A stretch of DNA of 53,348 nt from Girardia tigrina (Eukaryota): assembly GCA_001938485.1 (NCBI GenBank), contig MQRK01243661.1, positions 62,001-115,348 on the forward strand. The letters run 5' to 3'. Numbering within the stretch: position 1 is the first letter of the stretch; every line of letters begins with the position of its first letter. The notes beneath the pieces are model-generated. The model saw only the letters and a program-made list of their open reading frames with translations. It had not been told where the DNA came from and searched no databases. Of the stretch, positions 37,901 to 49,213 are shown piece by piece. The position numbers and the translations under genes were made by a program.

Positions 37901-40900
37901 AACCGATCGCATTTCAAAGTGATCGACATTTGGGAAGGTTTCTTTTTAAAAGACTTTGAAAGAGAATCGATGGCGGATGTATATGAGTCAAGAGCCTGAT
38001 AATTGTAATTACAGTCATGTAATACAGCTGCCGCTAAACGATATAATCTAGCTGCATTAGACCAAACTAAAGCCACAAGATTGTCTTCAACAGTATTATC
38101 AAAGGCTTCTGATCTCGTCCATTTAGTAAGTAAATCTATATTTGGTAATACTGTCTGTCTGCACCAATCTTTAAGCTGATTTTCCTAATGTTACATATTG
38201 TAAAACGGATTTAAAAAGATATGTATAAATATTAAAAAACTTTTTAATGAAAAGCTTTTATAAAAAAAATTTAGTTATGGAAGTTATTTAATGAAAAATT
38301 TGAGTACATTTAAATTAATCTAAATTTGTTCAAAATATCACAGACCTTGACGACTTGTAATACGAATAAATATTGGATGATAAGGCAGCTAAGAAAATGA
38401 AATATACTTTGATTTTATGTAAAAAACAAATATATTAATAAAAAATATTCACTCCTTTTAAAAGATATTTTAATCAGTGCTCCGAAATGTCGAAGTGTCG
38501 ATACTATCATAAATATTTTTGGCCAAATCCCTACTAAAAATGCATTCTTGATCGTTGCGTTAATAACATCAAAAAAATTGTATTGAAATTTCGAAAAACA
38601 GTATCACAAGTCCATTTGTTTCCATCATTGATATAATTATTAATGTTAATTTGACAATGAATTAGCATTTTTTCATCAGTTTTTTTTCAGTTTGATTGCC
38701 AAATATCTTGGCTATTGAACACATCAATGAAAGATTATTGATAACTTGTGTTAATAATCAATATTTTAAAACTTGGAAAAGGAAGAAATTAGAACTATAA
38801 TGAAGTACGAGTTCCTATGCGGAACCTTAGCATTAGAAACCATGCGAAACATCAAAAGTGTATTCAAGTGTATTAGGTTCGTAATTAAAATTGGAAGTCA
38901 TAATTTTGCAAACTTTATTTCTACTACAATTTTCATTATTGAAACAAATCTATGAGGAACAATATTTCAGTTACATAATTCAGATCTAAAAATTCTAAAT
39001 ATAAATAATAATATCGATGTATAAATATATATGTTATTTTCTTCAATTTTGCATAAATCTTATTTTGTTTCTGTTTTATTAATTTTTTACAATGCTTATA
39101 AATATAGATCTTTAAAAATATTTTAATGGACATATCCTGTAAAAATTCAATTCCTAAATAATTTTTCTTTAATTTTAAATTATTTTTTTAATAAAATTTT
39201 CCATTGACAATTAAATTCAATAACATTATGATTTTTATTTTAGACTTGATTTTAAAATATTCAATAAATTATTTTTTAATAAAAACTTTCCGTATACAAT
39301 TAAATTCGATAAACATTCTAATTTTATTTTAAATAGTGTTGCAAAATATATCAAAATCTTCTTTACAATATTCTTTAACTTCGAAGATGATATTTCAATT
39401 GTGAATTTTTAAAACTTAATTTTTATAAAAATTTGTCCCAATTTAATAAAAATATTATCATTACTCTAAATTTTTTTTACAAAACTTATTTCATTTTAAT
39501 TAGTAACATACTATCTGTGAACTATAATTTTTACAAAAATTACTTCAATTTAATTAGTAGAAATATTACCTATAAAATATATTTTTTATGCAATCTTATT
39601 TATTTTAATTAGTAAAAAATATTATCTATAAACTTAAATTTTTTATTTAAAAAATTATTTCATTTTAATTATTCGAACATTATTTTTAATTTATCTAAAA
39701 TATAAATATGATTTTTAATTTAAAAATATCAAAAATTTAAAGTTCACCAAAAGGAACCCCAACAAAGTGTATAAACAACGTTTTGATAGAAAAAATTCAA
39801 TTCTGAAGGTAACATAAAAATGGTCTTTAGAGAATTTTTATTCAAAAAGCCTCAACAAGCTGTCGCTCAAATGCAAAAGTGTGTCGATAATATGCGTGCA
39901 TACTTTGATGAAAGACATAAATATTTGTATTGCTAAGTTATCAATAAACTTTAATTTAAGGTCTACGAATTTCATACTTGACGAATTAATAACACTGAAA
40001 TAGCTTTATAGTCCTAAAATGTATCTTAATGAAATAAAGTGCCATTGTGAAGTTTTCTTGGAATTTAATTTTATAACATTAAAGATATGATTTTTTTAAT
40101 TTTTCATTCTTTTTATTAGCTTACTTCGGCATATATATATATCCATGGAATTTAGAAACCTATTTTTGAAGGCCTTCTACTCAATCAATTTTCTTCAATC
40201 TTTGCACACTTACTCATTCTCGATGACAATAAATGATTATGTAAAAATTTGATCGAAAAAAACTTTTTAAGACCCCAAAATGGAAAAAAGCGGAAAATTC
40301 AGAGTTCACAAATAATATTAATTGCAAGATATCTACTTATAAATTATAAGTAGATTATATTAACTTTTATTGTGTTTGGTTTCATTAAAATTTTTTAAAT
40401 TTTAAAAACTTTGTTGGCAAAGTAGATTTCTGTCTGCATAAAGAATGGATATAAAAAAATTAATTTTTTGATTTATTTTAATTAATTTTAATTTTTGTCA
40501 TCCAAAAATTTTATTAAAAAAATTATGATATGAGGTCTACTTCAAATAAGATTTAAAATCATAATTCGTTTTTAATCATATAAGCAACATTGGATAGCTA
40601 AAAGAACTTCCATAAGCCCATTACAAATAACACTATGAATTGGAATTTAAGGATTATTAAAGAAAGAAAATATAGAATTTAGAATTTCAATATTATAAAA
40701 TGGAACAAGTCCAAATAACTCATAAATTTATTGGATAGGTGTAGGGATAGAATAATCACAAGCTCGGATATGAATAATATTGTTCTTATGTACTTAAATT
40801 GAAATCTCGCAATTAATATCAAAACGGTACATAGATAAATTCATGTCTTACTTGATCTTCGGAATCCTTATAAAGAATTGACTTCTGTTGATAAAGAGTA

Positions 40901-43900
40901 ACAATAGAAGCCACAAGAAAATTTAGCAATATTGACATTCCTCGTTGAATGATGTTTAACTTCGATCTTAGTAGCGATAACTGAGACAATTTATGACCCA
41001 AAGAAACCAAGTAGACCACAGCCCGATACCATCCATAGTGAATTTTGTCATTGATATTGGTCATCTTTCTTTTCTTTTCCGACATAAGAACAGACTTAAA
41101 AAGGAAAATTGCTTCCATAAATTGATCAGTGCGCTCCCCATATCGAAAACCGAGTACTGTCTTGTCAATATCAGAGAGAGAAACTGGAGAATTATTCTGC
41201 TGTGGAGACTGATCCCCACCGCAAAGATCAATGTGCAAATTCAGAAAAGCTGAGAAAAAAGCATAATAGAACTCGTGTTCCTTTAATAGCTTTGCCTCGT
41301 CCAACAGAGAAAGTTCATCATCAATAAGCGCAACCATGAATCCTGATTTGATTACCTCCATCAACTCATCAGCTGTGGCAACCAATATATTGATTTCTAT
41401 GCATCGCCTCATATAAAACGCCATCAATGAATCCGAGATATTATTGGTTTTTGAAGGTTGATTGGATTGGTTATTATTATGAACTGATGTTGTGTTATCA
41501 GAAGTTGTGTTTCCAGGAGACTGAAACAAGAGAGAGTGATACCCTGTGTGACTCGGACGAAGACACAGGCCACCCCTCGAATCCAGTTTGATTGCCTGTT
41601 CGAGAATCTCTCTAGTATTTCTTTTGGCACAATAATCAAATAATCGACTACCAATTAATGTGAGGTCGTTTTCAATTGGGACAAAATTTGGTTGTGACGA
41701 AAAATCGACAATTTCACGTTTAAAATCATCAAGTTCGAATTTAGTAACTCCGGGTGTTGATTCGAAGTCTTGTTGGGGTTTAAAATTGTCGAGAGTGGTT
41801 TGATCAACTTCCAAATACAATAGGCACATCATTAATATCGCCTTAGTGACGAGTTCTTTGTGTTTACCAGTCTTGATTAAGAGATTGATACAGTTCTTCA
41901 ATAATCGAAATATCTCAATAAAATAGAACTCATTGTCGGCCAATTTATTATCAAGTAACTCTTTATTGAACTGGCTTGAGGTTAGTTTTGTCTTTCCACG
42001 TTTCTCTCGTGCCCGGTGCCACTGATTCACTCGGTTTTCTGCCATTCGATAACACAATATTGCAACAGGAATTATGAATGGATTAGAGTCGTGATTGGCT
42101 GGCATATTGACTCGGTTATTTTTTTTGTATTGATCTTTTTCCCAAATAGTCGTCAAATCGTACAATTTAACTGTAGTACTATCAGCTTCTTTAAATAACC
42201 AATATGTGTGGCCTTCTTTAGTGGCGTTTGTCGATAAGAAGTGGGAGAGATTTTTGGCGATAGATTTAACTTCTTGCTCATTGAAATCTGCTAAACGAGG
42301 AATATCGGAAGTTTGGAGGATTTCATATTCTCGCATCACAATTCCCTGGTCATGGTAACACATTGCGATTTCTGGTACCTCATTGAGCATGTTTTCGAGC
42401 CACATATCGATTCCTGTTAGAATATTAATGGGTTCATGACACGGGCTCAAACGCAAGCTTATGCATGGATGACGTTTCGTTCCGAAAATTGATAAATCAG
42501 AACCAACAACGAAACTTAGATCTTCAAGCTTCCAGTCCACTAGGTTGAGAAAATCTTCATTTTTAGAATCGAAACGATGAGAAGAATTGGAAAACTTTGT
42601 TGGAGATTCCATTTTAAATTGCTCAATCGGTCTTTTTACAACTGACAATTGAGTAGAGGAGTTTGGCTCGAGTTCCTCATTCGACATTTCAATACTCGGT
42701 TGACTAACACTGTTTATTGATAATAAATGACAAGTACTCAGACGAAAACCCAAACCTATGATAGAGGAATTTGGCGTATAAATCTCTCATTGAGAGTGAG
42801 GCGCGGCTCAAATCTGGTTTCGTTAACTGAAAACTTTCTTGTTTGATAAAATTGCGTAACCAATCCCAGTCGGCCTAAATAATTAAATTAAGACCCCGAA
42901 GAAATGTTTACAAAGACAAGATGGCAAAAAAGATATCGATGAATTATGATTGATAATCTGTGTTTTTCACCAATTATTACTAAATAATTATATATATTGA
43001 ATGAAATGGAATGAGAACGATTTTTAATCTTATATTTGACTCAACATCTGATGATGCGCCAAAGCAACACCATTTCGATTTATCACATGTTCGTCAGTTT
43101 GTGCTATTTCACGACGATAGTTTAAAATAAAGATTTAATAAGTAAAATATTTTTTAATATATCAATATTAATAAGTAAAAAAAACGCGGCTGATTGGACA
43201 GGTCAAAATCCCCAGACCGAAATCTCTTGAACCAGTGAGCTACTGTCGTTTGCGTACAGGCTTGAGTAGGATACACACTGTTGATATTTCCAACTGCCTG
43301 ACGTGTTGTGGCTCCACGGTGGAACTCATATTTCATTAAAATTCTGATTTCACTGATTTCCATTNNNNNNNNNNNNNNNNNNNNNNNNNNNNNNNNNNNN
43401 NNNNNNNNNNNNNNNNNNNNNNNNNNNNNNNNNNNNNNNNNNNNNATATCTGTCAAGAAATACCTTATTTATTTTCATACGATAGTTCAAAGTTAAGTTA
43501 TACGCGATTGAAATGTAAGGTGTGAAGTTTGACCCGTTTCATATCGAACAACCTAATATAAAGCTCAAAAACCGCCATTATTTTTCGACCAACCTAATAG
43601 TTCGATATTGCAACATTTGATGATGATTTATTGCCACATTTCTACTTGACGAAATGGAAAAATATTTCTACGAATCCGAACCAAATTATTGTCGTGTCAT
43701 TATTGGGTTATTGTAAAAGAGATCAATCTATCAATAAATCGATATCCGGGCAATTGTTACATCTGTCTCGTGTGTAAAGGTGAAATCTTGATGTTCTAAA
43801 TTCGAACTAGTAATATACCTAAAGTAAAGAATTGAATGTAAAGAAAAGAGGTAAACAATTCTGATTGGTCCATGTGTTGAATACAAAACATTTCGTCATC

Positions 43901-46900
43901 CTGCAGTTAGTCATTTGTCTACCATAGTCATGAAAGAGCAACAATTCCGAGACAGTGTTAGCAGATTTTGAAGAATGCATTACACGAAAGGAAAATCCTT
44001 CACCATGTAACACTTCTTAGAATAAGGATTTGCACGCTCGACAATCTATTCCATCCTTACAAGACAACAGATGAATTTGGATGTGTCTTGCAAGCCAGGG
44101 AGTGGTGGACATAAGAAACTGACCAATGCCCAACGCCAGCTTCTGTCGATGGTTATTAAACAAAATGGGTATGTCACTCGGACAAAAAGCCAAGAAGCAC
44201 AATGTGAGTCACCAAACCATCAGAAATGTTCCCAATGAACGGGGAATTCGATATTGTAAACGAATTATAGCTCCACGGTATACCTGAACAAGAGAAGACT
44301 GCAGAACATAGTACAGGAAAATTACTTGAAGTTTTGAGAGGAAAAATGATTCTCATGGATGACGAGTGTTATTTCAAAATCAAATCTGATTATCTACTCG
44401 GACACGATCACTTTTAAACCTTGGACATCCAAACCACTCTCTCTCTCTCTCTCTGGTGAAATATCTGGATCTGTGTTTCAGAGGAGGGAAAGGTTAGTGA
44501 ACCCGTGTATCAATGCCAAATTCTAACAGGACCATTGCACTAACACTTCATTGGTTCACTTTATTGAGAAGGAGCACCGAGAGAGCAATATTACGTTCTG
44601 TCGAGACCTTGCGTCAACACATTACGCAAATTCCACACTGCAAATGTTGCAGTCACTTCATATCCATTTTGTGCCCAAGACATCCAATTCTCCAGACATT
44701 CCTTAATGCCGTCTAGTGGAGAATTTTTGGGTCAATCCTAAATCCGAAGTTTACAAGGGAGGCTGGGAGGCCACTAACATCATGTAGTTGAAGCGTAAGG
44801 TGAAGAAATCATTGAGTGAAATGGACATGTCGCATTTGCGCAATGATTTAAGGACTGTCAGAGCTCGAATAAGATGTGTGTACCTTAATGGACCATTATC
44901 TCTTGTTTAATATGTATTTCATGTTCTGCTTCGATTAGACCTTTATTTGTTCTTGTTTTAGGATTGACAAGATGTCTAGATTTTGCCTTTACACCCGTTA
45001 CATCAGATTAAATCAATAAAACATTACATAGTTCTGCTGCCTCATAAAGAGCGCGTCCAGATCGAATTCATCAAGCAGCCATGTGTCCGCTACTCTATGA
45101 ACCATTATCGAGATCTGCTCTCTACTCGAATATGTCGATTGGATAATCTTTTTCAAATTCTTCGAATAGCAACAAAAAAATCAAATTTACAGTTCCCTTA
45201 ATCAAACACAAATATTACATTTATCCCCGTAACAATATCGAGTTTATCGAGGTCCACCAAACAATTTTTTGCAATTTTAAAACTGAATAAAAAAATTAAA
45301 TCCATAATTCCATTATTCAAAATGTTTTCTGTCAGGTTTTTATGTGTTTTCTAATTTTAGACATTTAAATTGACTTGTATTGGAAAAAATTAAAAATCAA
45401 CTTTCATCGAGATAAAATCGGATATACTACCGTACGGGCCCGAGCAAATATAAAAATATGACAATATATAAAATATTATCGACATTCCAGGAAAAATAAT
45501 TTTCAAATTTTAAAAGTCTAAAAAATATCAATGGAAATTATGTATTGATTATGTAATCACCGACTTTTTTAGAAAATATTCGACTTAATTTAGGAAATAT
45601 TTGTACCGCGACTTCAGAATGAAATAAATGTTTAATAATTTCTTTCATATTTTTAGACATGCTTAGTATATTTTATGTATATAATTTTTATATTTAAAAT
45701 TGAATATTTTTTTTAGGATTTTCTGTTTTTTTAAATTATTTTCAATGAAATTTTTCAATGCAAAATAAGAAAAAATATTAAACAATTTTAAATAATGAGA
45801 CAAAAAACAATTTTATTTTAAAAATATACAGAAAATAAAGGTATCATGACAAAACGGCTCGGACAAAAAGGGCTTAAATTAACCGATAAATTATAGAAAT
45901 TTTAAATGGAGCGCAATCTTTGAGTAGATAGAATGTTAATATTTTGTTTTTAAGAAAATATTTTACAAAAAACGCCGCACACAAAACATCGAATTTAATA
46001 ATTTAATTATAATGAAATAATTTTAGAAAAATGAAATATTTTTTTGGTAAAAAAAGTGGCAAAAAACTGTTTTATGCTTTTAAAAGATGAGAAATTTTTT
46101 TGAAAAACATGCTTTTTTTCATAAAATGTTTTCAAATAAATTTCTGTTTTTACGAAAAAATGCCAATATTATTAATAATTATCAATCGTTATAATAAATT
46201 TACATTTTTATTTGTAGCGGTAAGTATGCATTTTTATCTTGGTGGATTTACTTTCATTGAAAGACTTTTATGGATAATGAATTACATGGAAATTTTTTTC
46301 ATTTTTTCTTCATCGAAATTTTTCGATGAAAATGTTTTTTTCTTTTTATTTAGATGAAATAATTTTCTTTAAAATTTTGAAAATTAGGAAACACTGCAGC
46401 CTCTCTTGGATTATTTTGAGGATACCTGGATAGGGAGGCCTAATAGGAATGGCGCGAGACGTGACCCAATAATATCGATTGATATTTGGAATAGTTATAA
46501 TGCGGCGCTCGGTGGCATCCATAAAACAAATAATCAAATCGAGGGGTGGCACAAGTCTTTTTCCTCTCTCTTAAGCTCACGCCATCTAAACATTTGGAAA
46601 TTTATTGAGAATTTGAAGAAAGAGTAGAATTTAAATGAAATGACGTTTGAACAAGCAATTTCAAGTATGGAAGCGAGCCAGGGAAGGAAAAATTATAAAG
46701 ATTTCAGGAGTAGATTATTAAAAATTGTGCAAGGCTATGGAGAGAAATATGGTGGATTATTTAAGGGGTATAGCACACTGTTTTTTTTATTTACAATCTG
46801 TGTAATATGATCATGTAATTGTATTAAAAATTTCTTTCAGACGTTAGTGTTTTCAAAAAATTTCATAATTATTAATATTTTTTAATTAACATTATTTCGT

Positions 46901-49213
46901 AAAAATAATTGAAAAAATGAAATAATTTATTATAATTTAATCTGATTCCTAATATTTTTAAATTAAAAATAAATTATTGTCTTTCTTTTATCTTTATTTT
47001 TTTAATGTTATAAATTAATACTAAAATTTTAAAAATAGTAATAAATTAAATAAACACTAAATATTTTTCCATATTATTATAAAAATAATTCCAAAAATAA
47101 TATCTTTATATTAATTTTTATTTTTATTATTTAAAAATATTTTGACTTTTGTAAAATATTTTCTTAAAAACAAAATATTAACATTCTATCTACTCAAAGA
47201 TTGCGCCCCATTTAAAATTTCTATAATTTTTCGGTTAATTTAAGCCCTTTCTGTCTGCGGCGTTTTTGGTCACGGTGTTTTTGTCACAATGCGTTTTTGT
47301 TATGCGGCGTCTTTAACACTCGGCGTTTTGATGTAGACCCGAAAATAAATCATAGGGAACGAATGTTATAATGCCCCCATATATTGTAATCTGTATAGAT
47401 TATATAATGTCGTTTCGAATTAGAGGAATAATAATAAATAATTAATTGTTTAAAATTCAATCAAATCAAATTTAATTAAATCGATGAAATCAAATATAAT
47501 AATTTATTTATTAAATAAATTATTTAATAAAATAAATAATAAATTAAATAATTTATTCATTCAATAATTAATTTATTCTTTACTTTATTTACTTTTTATT
47601 CATTTATGTAATAATTGATTTATTGATTCACTAATTTANNNNNNNNNNNNNNNNNNNNNNNNNNNNNNNNNNNNNNNNNNNNNNNNNNTAAATAATTTAT
47701 TCATTCAATAATTAATTTATTCTTTACTTTATTTACTTTTTATTCATTTATGTAATAATTGATTTATTGATTCACTAATTTATTTATTCAATGAATTAAA
47801 TTAATTATTATTAATTTATTAAATAAAGTAATTAAATTAATAATTAATCTTAAAGAATAAATTAATTATTAAATTAAATTAATAAAAAAATAAATAATTA
47901 ATTAAAATAATAATTTATTTGTTAAATAATTTATTTAATAAAATAAATAATAAATTAAATAATTTATTCGTTCAATAATTAATTTATTCTTTACTTTATA
48001 TACTTTTTATTCATTTATTTAATAATTGATTTCTTGATTCACTAATTTATTTATTCAATGAATTAAATTAATTAACTAAAATAAATTAAATTAATTATTA
48101 TTAATTTATTAAATAAAGTAATTAATCTTAAAGAATATATAAATCTTCACAGATTGCATAATATGTGGGGGAGAGTATAACAGTCGTACCAATAATTTTT
48201 TTAAAATTATTTTTCCTGGAATTCTGATGATTTTTTAGATATTTTCATGCTCGGCCCCGTACGGTAGTATTCCTCCAGGCCGGATTTGCTTTGATGAAGC
48301 ATTAGTTTAGTTACATAAGGAGAGAACCGTTGTTAATGAATCACCTCAGTTCCCATCGCATTATTGTGATTTTAATTTTTGGTATTTTTATCAAATGTAA
48401 AAATATTTTTCCAGTAAATTTGGATTTTTTAAAAATTATATTTTTATTATATCAATAAAAATTAAAATTTTGATGTTTTAATTTTTAAAGTATATCCAAT
48501 GCAAAAAACAAATATTTTTTTTATAAATTTGAGTTTTTAAAATAAGATTTTTAATCTATAAAAAGTTTATTTTCCTATAAATATATATTTACTATATTTA
48601 TTAGTATTTTATATTATACAATTTTAATTCATAGAGAAAATTTCTTGTTAGATACAGACGATTCAATTAGTTTTAAATCCATGACAATTATTATCTCAAT
48701 GGATGTTGTTCTGGGAAGAACGAAACATTTAGTAAATTTTCAGGAAATAAATTGTTACTTAGATGATATCTTCTCGTTGTTCACTTTGTTGAAACAATAA
48801 AAACTATATATATATATATGATCCCTAGAGAAATATATTTTAGTCATTTGAAAATTGATTAAAGCCCGACAGAAAACTTTCTCATTGGTCAATAATATCA
48901 AATTAAACCTGGAAAACGGAGATTTATGATTATTTTGACTAAAAATTGCGCGGTAAATTATTTCTTCGATTTTCGATCGTTTCCTCATATAATTTGCCGG
49001 CATTGATGATAAATCAAAATTTTTCGTCAATAAACAAATATCTTTAATCGGATTTTCCTTATATTTAACCAACTCGCAATTGGTGGAACCTGAATCGAAT
49101 ATTTGAAGATAACAAATAATAAAAAATCGTTTTTCTTAGAAGTAAAAACAGATAGGATTCGATCATCAAAAATAAATACCTGATAGAAAATTGATATCGT
49201 CGAATTGATCCAT
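31561..49213 (-). CDS. EDRF1: Erythroid differentiation-related factor 1-like protein, 10 coding exons, 1105 aa
   Basis: Exons (minus): 49213-49180, 49089-48909, 45282-45219, 45159-45028, 42874-42756, 42709-40852, 38184-37828, 37777-37703, 37589-37436, 31904-31561. All introns are GT-AG with matching phases; total 3318 nt and no internal stop seen. EDRF1 motifs: VKY..FDL..PANY, KSPFSSF, NLKKI..YS...IMVHRV..TWLLDEFD, DWDWLRNF..KFLYHS, VVGSDLSIFG..HPCISLRL, PINILTGIDMWLENM..VPE..MCYH, NATKEGHTYWLFK...VKLYDLT. Confidence 0.85.
32189..33086. mobile_element. AT-rich foldback element with TGT...ACA ends and about 140-bp imperfect TIRs
   Basis: tgtgagaagtattt...aactattttct...cagccgatctctat vs atagagatcagc...gaaaatagttg...aaatacttctcaca. 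Confidence 0.65.
33880..34102 (+). mobile_element. mariner 3' fragment / short derivative
   Basis: HVLVSRWQKGIDSDGFYFD C-terminus, then a TIR ending ...caataacctaa followed by TA. Confidence 0.6.
34760..35987 (+). mobile_element. pogo-family DDE_1 transposase pseudogene
   Basis: CENP-B-like HTH, WIDGFMKRH..S.KRRT, ILMDESAVYFE, STG...RITAAL, IILDSCRV, QVGDIGI..FKD, VKNSWNAV and an acidic tail, with frameshifts. Confidence 0.82.
36522..37118. mobile_element. Dispersed element with TA...CA ends and 5-bp TSD (solo-LTR-like), copy A
   Basis: TSD atagt at 36517-36521 and 37119-37123; ends TATTAGGTTCG ... GGAACCCCAACA. Confidence 0.75.
37436..38184 (-). CDS. EDRF1: EDRF1-like exons 7-9
   Basis: Three open exons with canonical splice sites and compatible phases (0/0/0/1). 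Confidence 0.7.
38765..39990 (+). mobile_element. Internally deleted mariner remnant split by copy B
   Basis: EKEEIRTIMKYEF...ETMRNIKSVF upstream of the insert; KCVDNMRAYFD-type C-terminus downstream. Confidence 0.6.
38871..39764. mobile_element. Same TA...CA element, copy B, inserted in a mariner remnant
   Basis: TSD aagtg at 38866-38870 and 39765-39769; same termini as copy A. Confidence 0.78.
40100..40470. repeat. Dispersed repeat with other copies at about 36250-36470 plus 37160-37210, and reversed at about 13790-13880
   Basis: Shared gaatttagaaacc...tactcaatcaattt...cacttactcattctcgatgacaataaatgattatgt and gcataaagaatggatataaaaaa blocks. Confidence 0.7.
40852..42709 (-). CDS. EDRF1: EDRF1-like exon 6 (conserved core domain)
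   Basis: 619-codon open frame bounded by ataaacag| and CAA|gtaaga, with the EDRF1 signature motifs. Confidence 0.92.
43185..43597 (-). mobile_element. mariner 5' fragment (left TIR plus N-terminal HTH), spanning a gap
   Basis: TA|TTAGGTTGGTCG TIR; MEISEIRILMKYEF...AVGNINSVY...TVAHWFKRFRSGDFDLSNQPR. Confidence 0.85.
43769..44997 (+). mobile_element. ITm DD37E Tc1/mariner-superfamily element, near full length, inactivated
   Basis: TIRs cgtgtgtaaaggtgaaatct / agattttgcctttacacccg; MDDECYF; FCRDLASTHYA...NSPDIP*CRLVENFW with 37 residues between D and E. Confidence 0.82.
45028..45282 (-). CDS. EDRF1: EDRF1-like exons 3-4 (59-nt intron at 45160-45218)
   Basis: FKIAKNCLVDLDKLDIVTGIN / NLKKIIQSTYSSREQISIMVHRVADTWLLDEFDLDALFMRQQNY. 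Not in the supplied ORF track. Confidence 0.85.
45840..47340 (+). mobile_element. Non-autonomous MULE with long TIRs, 9-bp TSD and transposase 3' fragment
   Basis: TSD gaaaataaa at 45831-45839 and 47341-47349; about 100-bp near-perfect inverted arms; LDYFEDTWIGRP...WN...TNNQIEGWHKSF...HLNIWKFIENLKKE. Confidence 0.88.
47354..48190. mobile_element. Inverted-repeat element filled with AT-rich tandem repeats (contains a gap)
   Basis: About 50-bp imperfect TIRs (gggaacgaatgttata..cccccata..aatctgt vs acagattgcata..gtggggg..tataacagtcgtacc) around repeated ttattcattcaataattaatttattctttacttta units. Confidence 0.65.
48909..49213 (-). CDS. EDRF1: EDRF1-like exons 1-2
   Basis: MDQFDDINFLSG|STNCELVKYKENPIKDICLLTKNFDLSSMPANYMR...KSPFS; intron 49090-49179. 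Confidence 0.78.

Larger units (their letters stand above)
45427..48267. mobile_element. Outer non-autonomous inverted-repeat element (TA-flanked) hosting nested insertions
   Basis: TA|CTACCGTACGGGCCCGAGCA...ttccaggaaaaataatttt vs aaaattatttttcctggaa...TGCTCGGCCCCGTACGGTAG|TA. Confidence 0.8.

Noticed and set aside
42710-42753. Start of the 644-aa ORF as the EDRF1 N-terminus
   Set aside because: It lies in a 46-nt intron; upstream exons supply the conserved N-terminus.
47500-48130. CRISPR-like repeat array
   Set aside because: AT-rich tandem repeats without unique spacers in a eukaryotic intron; no cas genes.
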